A stretch of 64,000 nucleotides of DNA. Source: Candidatus Omnitrophota bacterium. GTDB lineage: Bacteria > Omnitrophota > Gorgyraeia > Zapsychrales > Fredricksoniimonadaceae. The DNA is taken from contig JAGWOI010000001.1 of assembly GCA_028870995.1 (NCBI GenBank), positions 100,782-164,781 of the forward strand, read 5' to 3'. The number at the start of each line of letters is the position of its first letter. The stretch's first letter is position 1. The notes under the pieces were generated by a model. That model did no database searches, was not told the DNA's origin, and worked only from the letters and a program-made list of their open reading frames with translations. The position numbers and the translations under genes are program-made. Shown here one piece after another: positions 10,015-19,021 of this stretch.

Positions 10015-11511
10015 ATGGACAAACGGCATAGCGGGATCCTGTTGCACATCACGTCCCTGCCGTCGCAGTACGGCATCGGTGACATGGGGCCTTTTGCCCA
10101 CGCTTTCGTTGATTTTGCGGCCTCCAGCGGACAGGCGTACTGGCAGATCCTGCCGGTCAACCCCACGGACGGCATCAACGGCTATTCGCCCTACAGCTGC
10201 TACTCGGCCTTTGCCGGCAATCCGCTATTGATAAGCCCTGAGCTGATGGTGATGGAAAATTTCCTGTCAGCCTCCGATGCGGACGGGTCCATGTTTGCCG
10301 TCGATGAGCGGGTTGACTATCCCAAGGTGGTCCGTTTTAAAGAAAAAATATTTAATGCCGCCTACCGCCGTTTTCAAAAGAGGACCGACCGCCGGGATTT
10401 TGACCAGTTCGTAGAGCAGGAGCATTACTGGTTGGAAGATTTTGCCCTGTTTACCGTGATCAAATCAGTGCATGGAGGCCTCTGCTGGAACGAATGGCCC
10501 GGGAGTTTGAAAAACCGGCAGGCGCGGGCCCTTAAGCTGTTTAGGACTAAACATGCGGCCCAACTGGAGCGGGTTAAATTCATCCAGTACCTGTTTTTCC
10601 GCCAATGGGCCAAACTTAAAAGATATGCCAACAGCAGGAAGGTATCCATCATCGGTGACATACCCATTTACGTCAACTATGACAGCGCGGATGTCTGGTG
10701 TCACCCGTCCTTTTTTAAAATCGACCACGAGGGGCATTTGAAGTTCATCAGCGGCTGCCCGCCGGATTATTTTTCCAGGACAGGGCAGCGCTGGGGCAAT
10801 CCGGTTTATGATTGGGCGCAGTTGAAAAAAAGCAAATACAGCTGGTGGGTCGAGCGCATCAACCATGATCTACAGATGTTCGATTACCTGCGCATCGACC
10901 ATTTCCGGGGATTTGAGGGCTTTTGGCAGATCCCCGCTCACGAAAAATTGGCGGTGTTCGGCCGCTGGGTCAAGGGGCCGGGAGCACCCTTTTTCAAAGT
11001 GTTGACCGGGCAGTTCAAACACTTGCCTCTCATCGCCGAGGACCTGGGGGAGATCACGCCCGATGTCGTCGAGCTTATGAAAAAGTTCGGATTTCCCGGC
11101 ATGCGGGTCATGCTGTTTGGTTTTAACGGGGAGATGGATTCCAACCCGCACGTGCCCGTCAATTATCCGGTCCACTGTGTGGCGTATACCGGGACCCATG
11201 ACAATAACACCATCCAGGGCTGGTATTTTCAGGAGGCCAAGCCCTACGAGAAGGCCAACATCGTCAAGGTCCTGCAAAGAAAATTTACTCCCAAGAACCT
11301 GCATTGGGCCATGATCGAGGTCTTGATGCGTTCCAAGGCGCAGACCGCGATCGTCCCCATGCCTGATTTCCTCGGGCTCCGGCAGGAGGCGCGCATGAAC
11401 ACGCCCGCCACCAAATCCAATAACTGGCAATGGAGGATGAGGGCCGGCGTGATGACATCCAAATTAAGCCAACAGATACGGCGCCTGACCAAAAGGTCAG
11501 GCCGACTGTAA
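10015..11511 (+). CDS. malQ: 4-alpha-glucanotransferase (amylomaltase, GH77)
   Basis: 'SGILLHITSLPSQYGIGDMG' N-terminus and the 'LRIDHFRGF' catalytic region. Confidence 0.9.
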   Translation: MDKRHSGILLHITSLPSQYGIGDMGPFAHAFVDFAASSGQAYWQILPVNPTDGINGYSPYSCYSAFAGNPLLISPELMVMENFLSASDADGSMFAVDERVDYPKVVRFKEKIFNAAYRRFQKRTDRRDFDQFVEQEHYWLEDFALFTVIKSVHGGLCWNEWPGSLKNRQARALKLFRTKHAAQLERVKFIQYLFFRQWAKLKRYANSRKVSIIGDIPIYVNYDSADVWCHPSFFKIDHEGHLKFISGCPPDYFSRTGQRWGNPVYDWAQLKKSKYSWWVERINHDLQMFDYLRIDHFRGFEGFWQIPAHEKLAVFGRWVKGPGAPFFKVLTGQFKHLPLIAEDLGEITPDVVELMKKFGFPGMRVMLFGFNGEMDSNPHVPVNYPVHCVAYTGTHDNNTIQGWYFQEAKPYEKANIVKVLQRKFTPKNLHWAMIEVLMRSKAQTAIVPMPDFLGLRQEARMNTPATKSNNWQWRMRAGVMTSKLSQQIRRLTKRSGRL

Positions 11512-11527
11512 AGAAAGGCGGGTAAGC

Positions 11528-12139
11528 ATGAAGAAATGGCAGTTGACTTTGGGATTGGTGGTGGTTTTGGTGGGCGCTGTCGTCGGCGCAAAAATTCTCC
11601 TGGCGCCCAAGCAGGCCGTCATTAATCCTCAGGATGCGCGCGCCAAAGGAAATCCGCATGCCAGGGTCAAGATTGTGGAGTTTGTTGATTTCCAATGCCC
11701 GGCCTGTGCCTGGGGGATCGAATATTTAAAGACTCTGTTTGCCCGGCATCCCAATGACCTTTATATCCAGGTGCGGTATTTCCCCCTGACCAGCCTGCAT
11801 CGCCATGCGCTGATCAGCGCCTTGTACAGTGAGTGCGCCGCGCGCCAGGGCAAATTTTGGGCCCTGGATGAGTTGATGATCCCCCAGCAAAGCCAGTGGG
11901 CGCCGCTGATCAACCCGCAGCCTGTTTTTGATGCCATGGCCCGGCAAATAGGCATGGACATGGGCCAGTTGAACAGCTGCCTGGGGTCGGAAGACGCGCG
12001 CAAGGTCATTAACGACGAGAAATCCATGGGGCAGTCCTTAGGCATCGCCTCCACACCAACGTATTTCATCAATAACAAGATGGTGGTGGGTACCAAGAGT
12101 CTGCAGGAGGAGATGAAGACCTATTTTCCCAAAGGTTAG
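11528..12139 (+). CDS. DsbA-family thiol:disulfide oxidoreductase (exported)
   Basis: N-terminal membrane anchor/signal. Thioredoxin motif 'FQCPACAW'. Confidence 0.7.
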   Translation: MKKWQLTLGLVVVLVGAVVGAKILLAPKQAVINPQDARAKGNPHARVKIVEFVDFQCPACAWGIEYLKTLFARHPNDLYIQVRYFPLTSLHRHALISALYSECAARQGKFWALDELMIPQQSQWAPLINPQPVFDAMARQIGMDMGQLNSCLGSEDARKVINDEKSMGQSLGIASTPTYFINNKMVVGTKSLQEEMKTYFPKG

Positions 12140-12153
12140 CGGAGGGAACGAAT

Positions 12154-12588
12154 ATGTGGCTCCTTCGAATTTTTATCGGCGCTATTTTTATCGTTTCCGG
12201 TTTAGGCAAACTTCTTAGTCCCTACCAGAATTTTTTGTACGTGATCCAGGCCTACCAGCTTTTGCCGTCAGGGCTTGAGGTCTTAGCGGCCCAGGTTTTT
12301 CCCTGGATAGAACTGATCGTCGGGACCTTTGTCTTCCTGGGACTTTGGACGCGGCCAAGTTTGAGAGCGGCCGTTGTGTTATTCGGCGCCTTCGTGGTCG
12401 TGGTGGGCCAGGCGCTTTTAAGGCATTTGTCGTTGGATAACTGCGGCTGCTTTGGGGAGTGGTTCCATTTAAGGCCGCAGACCGTTATCGTCATGGACAG
12501 CGTGAGTCTATTGCTGACCATGGCGTTGTTGAGCGCCTTGCCGCAAACGAAAAAATTCAGCCTTGACTTTTATATGGACAGGGTATGA
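12154..12588 (+). CDS. DoxX/MauE-like membrane protein (probable redox partner of the adjacent DsbA-like protein)
   Basis: 144 aa with 4 TM helices and a 'NCGCFGEW' motif. Confidence 0.5.
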   Translation: MWLLRIFIGAIFIVSGLGKLLSPYQNFLYVIQAYQLLPSGLEVLAAQVFPWIELIVGTFVFLGLWTRPSLRAAVVLFGAFVVVVGQALLRHLSLDNCGCFGEWFHLRPQTVIVMDSVSLLLTMALLSALPQTKKFSLDFYMDRV

Positions 12589-14054
12589 AAAGGATCATTT
12601 TTTGGGCGTCGGCGCTGTTGCTTTGGGCCGTGCCTTCCTGGAGTGCTATGGTTAAAGAACCCAATGTGGCCGGGGCCTTTTACAGTGCCGATCCCAAAGA
12701 ACTTTCGGATGATATCGATCGTCTCTTGCGATCAGCGTCTTCAGCCCCGACCGACCGCAGGGTCCAGATCGCCGTGGCCCCGCATGCCGGTTACCCCTAC
12801 TCCGGTCCGGTGGCGGCCTACACCTACAAGGCCGTCAGCCGCAACCATTACAGCACCATTGTGGTCATCGGGCCCAGCCATTTTTTCCCCTTTGAAGGGA
12901 TTTCGGTCTGGCCTGAGGGGGGATTCAAGACGCCGCTGGGAGTTGTCGGGGTGGACGACGTTTTCGCCAAGAACTTATTGAAAGAAAACCCGAAAGAATT
13001 CCATTTCCTGCCCCATGTTTTTGAGCGCGAGCATTCCGTTGAGGTGCAGCTGCCGTTCTTGCAGAAAACCTTCAAGAATTTCCGTATAGTCCCCATTTTG
13101 ATGGGCGATCCCGATCCCAAGGTGTGCAAAGACCTGGCCCTGGCCTTGATCAAGCTGATAGGGGAGCGCCAGGACGTGTTGATCCTGATATCCTCGGACA
13201 TGTCGCATTATTACACCTATGATGAAGCCAACCGCATGGATGCGCTGACCCTGCAGACCATCCTGAATGGGGACATTGAAAAATTTTTTGAGGGAAATCT
13301 TACCCGCAAGATGGAAATGTGCGGGTTTGTGCCCATGACCACGGCCATGATGTACGCGAAATTGCGCGGCATCAAGCACGTACAGGTGCTGATGCACGCC
13401 AATTCCGGGGACACCTCCGGCGATAAAAGCCGGGTCGTGGGCTACGGATCGCTGATTTTTTATACTGATTTGTTGGGCGCCGGCGATCCGCCGGATGCAG
13501 GCATCGCGTCCTTAAGCCAGGGCCAAAAGCAGGAGCTTTTAAAGATAGCCCGCGATACCGTGGAGAAATACGTTCGGACCGGCAAGGTGCCTGATTTTTC
13601 CGTCAATGACCCGCGGCTTGAAAAGGCGGAAGGGGCCTTTGTGACCCTCACCAAGCACGGAGAATTGCGGGGCTGCATCGGCAATATCATCGGCCGCCAG
13701 CCTTTGTACAAGACCGTGCGCGACATGGCCGTGGCCGCGGCTTCCCAGGACCCGCGTTTTACGCCGGTGACGGCCGCAGAATTAAAGGATATCCATATTG
13801 AAATTTCCGTATTGTCCGAGCCCCGGAGGGTTAGGGATGCCTCGCAGATCCAATTAGGCAAGGACGGTGTCATCGTCAGCCGCGGCGGCCGCCAGGGCGT
13901 GTTCCTGCCGCAGGTGGCCCAGGAGACCGGGTGGAGCAAGGAAGAGTTCCTTTCCCAATTATGCGCCCAAAAGGCCGGCCTGCCGCCGGATGCCTGGAAA
14001 GACCCGGCCACGGCCCTGTTCGTCTTTACCGCCGACGTTTTTGCGGAAAAATAA
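12585..14054 (+). CDS. Fusion of AmmeMemoRadiSam system protein B (MEMO1-like) and AMMECR1 domain, with predicted N-terminal signal peptide
   Basis: The Memo region carries 'QIAVAPHAGYPYSGPVAAY' and the His/Asp-rich metal site. The C-terminal AMMECR1 signature is 'GAFVTLTKHGELRGCIG'. The N-terminus 'MKRIIFWASALLLWAVPSWSA' looks like a Sec signal. Confidence 0.8.
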   Translation: MKRIIFWASALLLWAVPSWSAMVKEPNVAGAFYSADPKELSDDIDRLLRSASSAPTDRRVQIAVAPHAGYPYSGPVAAYTYKAVSRNHYSTIVVIGPSHFFPFEGISVWPEGGFKTPLGVVGVDDVFAKNLLKENPKEFHFLPHVFEREHSVEVQLPFLQKTFKNFRIVPILMGDPDPKVCKDLALALIKLIGERQDVLILISSDMSHYYTYDEANRMDALTLQTILNGDIEKFFEGNLTRKMEMCGFVPMTTAMMYAKLRGIKHVQVLMHANSGDTSGDKSRVVGYGSLIFYTDLLGAGDPPDAGIASLSQGQKQELLKIARDTVEKYVRTGKVPDFSVNDPRLEKAEGAFVTLTKHGELRGCIGNIIGRQPLYKTVRDMAVAAASQDPRFTPVTAAELKDIHIEISVLSEPRRVRDASQIQLGKDGVIVSRGGRQGVFLPQVAQETGWSKEEFLSQLCAQKAGLPPDAWKDPATALFVFTADVFAEK

Positions 14055-14506
14055 TGAAAATCCAACTGCGCAACACCTTCATTTCCATCTTCGTCGTCGT
14101 GTGGCTGGCGGTCTTTTATTATGAATCCACCTGCGAATATTATTGGCAGCCGCTGCTGCAGCGCTCACTGCCGAGGATGAAATTTCTCTTCCCGCCCGCG
14201 GGGTGGGTCATGTTTTATAACATTGGCGATGATTTCGGATATGCGCAAGTCTACGGGGTCAAGGATGGGGAGCCGCAAGCCATCGATCCCCACCAGATTT
14301 TACGGACCAGGGCCATCGGCTATGATAATATCCACCGCAACGCGTTGATCTCCGTCCTGGAGCCGGGGGTGTCGGATTCCTTTTGCCCGTATCTTAAGCG
14401 GCGCTTTCCCTATTTCGATAAGTTTATTGTCAGTTATGTTGATTACCCGCATTTGACCAAACAGCCTTGGGCTAGAACGGAGACGGTGGCTTATGAATGT
14501 GACTGA
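14054..14506 (+). CDS. Hypothetical N-terminally membrane-anchored protein
   Basis: The ATG at 14054 overlaps the preceding stop (TAATG). One TM helix is followed by a Trp/Tyr-rich soluble domain. No family recognised. Confidence 0.3.
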   Translation: MKIQLRNTFISIFVVVWLAVFYYESTCEYYWQPLLQRSLPRMKFLFPPAGWVMFYNIGDDFGYAQVYGVKDGEPQAIDPHQILRTRAIGYDNIHRNALISVLEPGVSDSFCPYLKRRFPYFDKFIVSYVDYPHLTKQPWARTETVAYECD

Positions 14507-14885
14507 CCACAACACCAAGAATGCCAGCGATCATATGGCCAATGAACGGACATTCCTGTCCTGGATCAGGACAAGCATCGGGATCATTGCCTTCGGGTTC
14601 GTCATCGAACGTTTCGCCCTGTTCATGAAGCAGATGACGGTGATCTTGGGAAAGACAACGATACCCATCCATATTCAGCCTATCGGATACTCCAATAAGA
14701 CCGGTATTATCCTTGTCTTTGCCGGGACCCTGATGAGCCTCCTGGCGTTCATCCAATTTAAGATCTCAAAAAAGCGTATTGATGAGGGCAGCTACCGGCC
14801 GTCCTCGCTGCTGTATTTGCTGGTGACGGTGCTGGTGGTCCTGGTGGGGTCGTTTATGGTCATCTTCTTAAGTGCGGTTTCGTAA
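14493..14885 (+). CDS. DUF202 (YidH-like) small membrane protein
   Basis: 'ANERTFLSWIRTSIGIIAFGFVIERF' matches the DUF202 signature. Confidence 0.55.
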   Translation: MNVTDHNTKNASDHMANERTFLSWIRTSIGIIAFGFVIERFALFMKQMTVILGKTTIPIHIQPIGYSNKTGIILVFAGTLMSLLAFIQFKISKKRIDEGSYRPSSLLYLLVTVLVVLVGSFMVIFLSAVS

Positions 14886-14894
14886 TGCATGGAT

Positions 14895-15066
14895 GGCTGG
14901 CCGCTATTAGTTCTTTCGAAACGGGGATATTTTGGCCGTCTGCTTCGGTTTACGACAAAAATTTTCTAAAGCATCCTCAGTACATTTGGAAAATTTTTGT
15001 CGTAAAGCCTCGCAGACATTTGGCCAAAAATCCCTGAATGTTTCGAAGACCTAATAGCGACCAGCC
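14895..15066. repeat. Long imperfect inverted repeat (~80-bp arms; terminal 16-mers GGCTGGCCGCTATTAG / CTAATAGCGACCAGCC)
   Basis: Arms aligned by eye. The terminal 16-mers are complementary with one mismatch. Inner blocks also pair (TTCGAAAC..GGATATTTTGGCC..TTTACGACAAAAATTTTC). Confidence 0.6.
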
Positions 15067-15088
15067 TTAGCAAACTCAGGAGAGCGAC

Positions 15089-15970
15089 ATGGTGCTATGG
15101 AAAATAGCTTGTCAGGAAGATAAATATCCTGGGATGTGGCAAAGGTGGTTTAAAAATCAATGTGTTGCCGTTGGTTGGGCAAGTGCGTGGGGGTACAAGC
15201 TTCATGGGCCAACAAAAGGTGGCAAGGGATGGAATGTTGCAAGAAATATAATTAAAGAAATGAATGTGGGTGACATGGTAATCGTGGCATTAAAAAATAA
15301 ACGTATTGGACGTTTAGGTCAAATAGTTGGAAAGGCTATTGAAGACGACAAATGGGATCCACTTGTACCACCTGGTCCTAAGTTGCCTGATGGAGAAATG
15401 GGCCGTAGAATATTTGTAAGATGGGAGTTAACAACAGGTCCTTCTGATGGTGATTTGGTTGTTAAATTACCTCCATCAAATAGGCTCAACCCTGGGGAAT
15501 TTCGTCCAACAGCAGCGAGAATTTGTTCTCAAACTGTCGATCAAATACGATCTGTAATGAATGATACAAGTAATTGGGTTGGTTTGTCTGGTAAATTTGG
15601 ATACGAAAAAGCATTATCTGATTATATAGCTAGTTATCCTGGTCGTCTGGAGGATGGTTTACTTCCTCATCCCAATTTACGTATTAGAGAGTTAGTTTTT
15701 AAAGATAAGACACGGTCGGATGTTTTGCTTATTGATAGAAATGATAATCCTGTAATTGTCGAATGCAAGCAGAACGGACCGGTTTTGAAAGACATTAGGC
15801 AACTCCGTCATTATCTCGATTGCCTGCAAGCTGAGACAGGACAGAAAGCAAGAGGAATTCTTGTTCATGGGGGGGCTAAAAAAGTTTCGAATGAAATAGT
15901 TAATGAATTAAAAAAGAGGCCTCGTATAGAAATAGTCAATTATCGACTTAATGTCAATTTTGATTGGTAG
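15089..15970 (+). CDS. PD-(D/E)xK-type nuclease-like protein (low-GC, probably horizontally acquired)
   Basis: C-terminal 'DVLLIDRNDNPVIVECKQN' fits the D...(E/D)xK nuclease motif. Codon usage is visibly AT-richer than the flanking genes. An unassigned N-terminal beta-rich domain is present. Confidence 0.45.
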   Translation: MVLWKIACQEDKYPGMWQRWFKNQCVAVGWASAWGYKLHGPTKGGKGWNVARNIIKEMNVGDMVIVALKNKRIGRLGQIVGKAIEDDKWDPLVPPGPKLPDGEMGRRIFVRWELTTGPSDGDLVVKLPPSNRLNPGEFRPTAARICSQTVDQIRSVMNDTSNWVGLSGKFGYEKALSDYIASYPGRLEDGLLPHPNLRIRELVFKDKTRSDVLLIDRNDNPVIVECKQNGPVLKDIRQLRHYLDCLQAETGQKARGILVHGGAKKVSNEIVNELKKRPRIEIVNYRLNVNFDW

Positions 15971-16073
15971 AAATAAGATAAATTTTTTCTTTGAGCGACG
16001 CTGTTGCGTTTTGGTCGATTTATGTGGATGAATGGGCGAGACTTTCAAAGGCGAGCCATAATGGCAGGATGAT

Positions 16074-17309
16074 ATGAGTAAAATCTGGAACAGATTATTC
16101 TTGGAAGAACGGCCGTCGATCGGCCTGTCGTTCTTCCGCATTTTTGCGGCCTGGACCGTGGGGCTGCATGTGATCCCGTCGTTTTTTCACCTGGGCGACA
16201 ATTACCTGCACACCGCTTTCAAGACCTTGAACACGGATTTCTTTCCCGTGTGGTTTGTGGACCTGGTGCAGAAAAGCCCGGACGCTCTGGTCTATTTCTT
16301 TGTCGCTGCTTTCTGCATCACCTGGCTTTTCTTTCTTGCCGGCCTGTTCTCCCAGATGAGCTGTATCCTGATGACCGCCTGCTGCTACTATTTCTACGCG
16401 CTGAATGATTTTCAGATCGGCACTTTGTCCTGGGACATTTTGCTCGTGACCTTATTCTTGATGTGCATCACCGGCTACCACGGCGATTATTTTTCTATTG
16501 ATGCCCTGCGCCGGGGGGATTTGGAGGCCTGGCGCCGGCCCAGGCCTTTTTTCATCCAGCGTCTTTTACAGTTGCAGATCGCTTCGACATTCTTCTTCAC
16601 CGGCCTTTACAAAATCACGGGGCCGGGCAACTGGATCACCGGCAATCCTATTTATTATCTGATGAACTATCCGGTACAAGGGGTGACCAAGAACTTCCTG
16701 TTGAAGGAGTGGATGGCCGTCCATCCCCATTTTTGTTATATCATCGGGCTGCTGGTGGTCACCACCGAAATGTCCATGCCATTCCTGCTTTTTGACCCGC
16801 GCACCCGACGGGGAGCGATCATCCTGGGATTTTGTTGGCATGTCCTGTTGATCTTGATGCTGGATGTGCCGGCAATATTCTTGTTTTTATTCCCGGCCCA
16901 GCTCATGCTTTTTATCCATCCACAAAGAATAACCGATTGGATCGAATCCAAGCGCCGCCTCAATGCCCTAGCCCCAAGAGCGAAAGTAATTTACGATGCC
17001 GGCTGCGGGTTCTGTCGTTCCAGCATCAGAGCGATCCAGGTGATGGACCTATGGGGCAAACTTGAATACATTCCGGGCCCCGGAGACTTGAAGGAAACGC
17101 GCCTGGAGCTGCCCGGCGGCAGGACCTACGGCGGTTTTTTTGCCTTCCGGCATTTATCATGGAACTGCCCGATGCTTTATCCTTTGATCCCCGTCATTTA
17201 TTTTCCAGGCGCCGGGATCATAGGGCCCCTGGTTTACCGCTGGGTGGCGCGTAACCGTTATTTGTTCCCGGTGTTTCATACCTGTGCCGACGGCAGGTGC
17301 CGCTTATGA
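16074..17309 (+). CDS. HTTM-domain (vitamin K-dependent gamma-carboxylase-like) membrane protein fused to a DCC/DUF393 thiol-disulfide oxidoreductase domain
   Basis: Polytopic N-terminal HTTM-like region ('FFRIFAAWTVGLHVIP'). C-terminal 'VIYDAGCGFCRSSI' is the DUF393 CxxC motif. Confidence 0.6.
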   Translation: MSKIWNRLFLEERPSIGLSFFRIFAAWTVGLHVIPSFFHLGDNYLHTAFKTLNTDFFPVWFVDLVQKSPDALVYFFVAAFCITWLFFLAGLFSQMSCILMTACCYYFYALNDFQIGTLSWDILLVTLFLMCITGYHGDYFSIDALRRGDLEAWRRPRPFFIQRLLQLQIASTFFFTGLYKITGPGNWITGNPIYYLMNYPVQGVTKNFLLKEWMAVHPHFCYIIGLLVVTTEMSMPFLLFDPRTRRGAIILGFCWHVLLILMLDVPAIFLFLFPAQLMLFIHPQRITDWIESKRRLNALAPRAKVIYDAGCGFCRSSIRAIQVMDLWGKLEYIPGPGDLKETRLELPGGRTYGGFFAFRHLSWNCPMLYPLIPVIYFPGAGIIGPLVYRWVARNRYLFPVFHTCADGRCRL

Positions 17310-18418
17310 TTCCGGCCAGCCTTATTCCGCGTGCCATTTGGCTGCATACCCTGATCATCATCGTCATCGGCCTGCTGGCGTTGTACAGCGCTTCCTATAA
17401 CAATGATGTGGTGGGCATGGGCGTCTTTTATGATCAACTTTCCTGCGCCTTATTGGGTATTCTCATCATGTTTGTGTTAAGCCGGGGGGATTATCGCAAG
17501 TTTTTTGACGTGGCTTATCCTGTTTATGGGATCAGCGTTTTTTTCCTGTTCCTGGTTTTGGTCATGGGCCGTCATGCCCTGGGCGCAACGCGGTGGTTCT
17601 CTGTCGGCGGTGTCAGCTTCCAGCCCTCGGAATTCAGCAAGCTGGCCGTTATCTTTTTTTTGGGCCGTTATTTTTCCCAGCGCCGGCCCAAATTGTCCTT
17701 TGACGTCTCCACACCGCTGCGCGACATTTGGGGGGACCTGATTTGGCCGCTGGTCCTGACCTTGATCTCCGTGGGACTTATTTTTAAGCAGCCTGATTTG
17801 GGCACCGCGATCCTGGTCATGGGCATTTTCATGGTCATGCTGTATGCCAGCGGCATACCTTGGAAGGTTTTTGCCGCGCTCTTGGGGCTGCTTGGCTTAA
17901 TGATGCCCCTGGCCTGGCATGTGCTTAAACCCTATCAGAAAGACCGGCTGCTGGTCTTTCTTGATCCCAGCCACGATCCTTTGGGGGCCGGTTATACCAT
18001 CACCCAATCCAAGATCGCGGTCGGCTCCGGGGAGCTTTTAGGCAAGGGCTGGCTTTCCGGCACCCAGAGCCAGTTGAATTTCCTGCCGGAGAGGCATACG
18101 GACTTTATTTTTTCCGTCATAGGAGAAGAGTGGGGCCTGGTGGGGAGCCTCATTTTGATCTATTGTTATACGGTCATCATTTATTGCGGCTTTAAGATCG
18201 CCAGGCACAATAAAGACCCGTTCGGCCAGCTGGTGACCATCGGCATTGTCAGCATCCTGGCCATGCAGGTGGTCATCAATATCGGCATGGTCATGGGGCT
18301 TTTGCCGGTGGTGGGCATCACCCTGCCTTTGATCAGCTACGGCCGCACGTCCTTCATGGTTTTTGTCATCCTGATCGGATTTTTGTTGAATTTGAGCCGT
18401 AAAAGGGCTATTTTTTAG
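17297..18418 (+). CDS. SEDS family peptidoglycan glycosyltransferase (FtsW/RodA/SpoVE)
   Basis: 'GYTITQSKIAVGSGELLGKGWLSGTQSQLNFLPERHTDFIFSVIGEEWGLVGS' is characteristic of RodA/FtsW. Confidence 0.8.
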   Translation: MPLMIPASLIPRAIWLHTLIIIVIGLLALYSASYNNDVVGMGVFYDQLSCALLGILIMFVLSRGDYRKFFDVAYPVYGISVFFLFLVLVMGRHALGATRWFSVGGVSFQPSEFSKLAVIFFLGRYFSQRRPKLSFDVSTPLRDIWGDLIWPLVLTLISVGLIFKQPDLGTAILVMGIFMVMLYASGIPWKVFAALLGLLGLMMPLAWHVLKPYQKDRLLVFLDPSHDPLGAGYTITQSKIAVGSGELLGKGWLSGTQSQLNFLPERHTDFIFSVIGEEWGLVGSLILIYCYTVIIYCGFKIARHNKDPFGQLVTIGIVSILAMQVVINIGMVMGLLPVVGITLPLISYGRTSFMVFVILIGFLLNLSRKRAIF

Positions 18419-18523
18419 AAAACCAAACTGGACAATAATTGGTGTAATCGGTATAGTAAAGATATGGCCGCTTTTGCTACAATAAAAAATTAAGGAAAGC
18501 GGCGACTTATAGGAGTCCTCGGT

Positions 18524-19021
18524 ATGGAGAGGACACTTCGAATCAGTGGAAAAGCTAGTGGAATTTATTGGATGAGACATTTCCGTAAAACCGTCAACAA
18601 GCAGCTGGGAGAGATACTGGTCGAGCGCGGCGTGCTTTCCAAAGCCAAGCTCGAAGAAGTGCTGGCTTTTCAGAAGGAAAAGAATGTTTTATTCGGCGAG
18701 GCCCTGGTGACGATGAAGCTGGGCACCGAAGAGGATGTGGTGCAGGCCCTGACCTGCCAGTACGGCTTTCCTTATTTGCCTTTAGCCAATTATGAGATCG
18801 CCCCCGAGGTTGTGGCCACGGTGCCCCTCGAGCTGTGCAAACAGTATTGCCTTGTTCCCATCGATAAGATCGGCCGCAGTTTGACTTTGGCCATGGCCAA
18901 TCCCTTGAATGTCCAGGCCTTAGAAGAGGTTGAAAAAGCCACCAGCTGCTCGGTGCAGGCCTTTGTCAGCACGGCTACGGAAATTACCAGTGCCGTCAAC
19001 CGTTACTACGAAACGCGCTGA
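18524..19021 (+). CDS. Stand-alone GspE_N (MshEN-like) domain protein
   Basis: 165 aa; 'LGEILVERGVLSKAKLEEVLAFQKEK...GEALV' matches the N-terminal domain of PilB/GspE/MshE. Confidence 0.6.
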   Translation: MERTLRISGKASGIYWMRHFRKTVNKQLGEILVERGVLSKAKLEEVLAFQKEKNVLFGEALVTMKLGTEEDVVQALTCQYGFPYLPLANYEIAPEVVATVPLELCKQYCLVPIDKIGRSLTLAMANPLNVQALEEVEKATSCSVQAFVSTATEITSAVNRYYETR

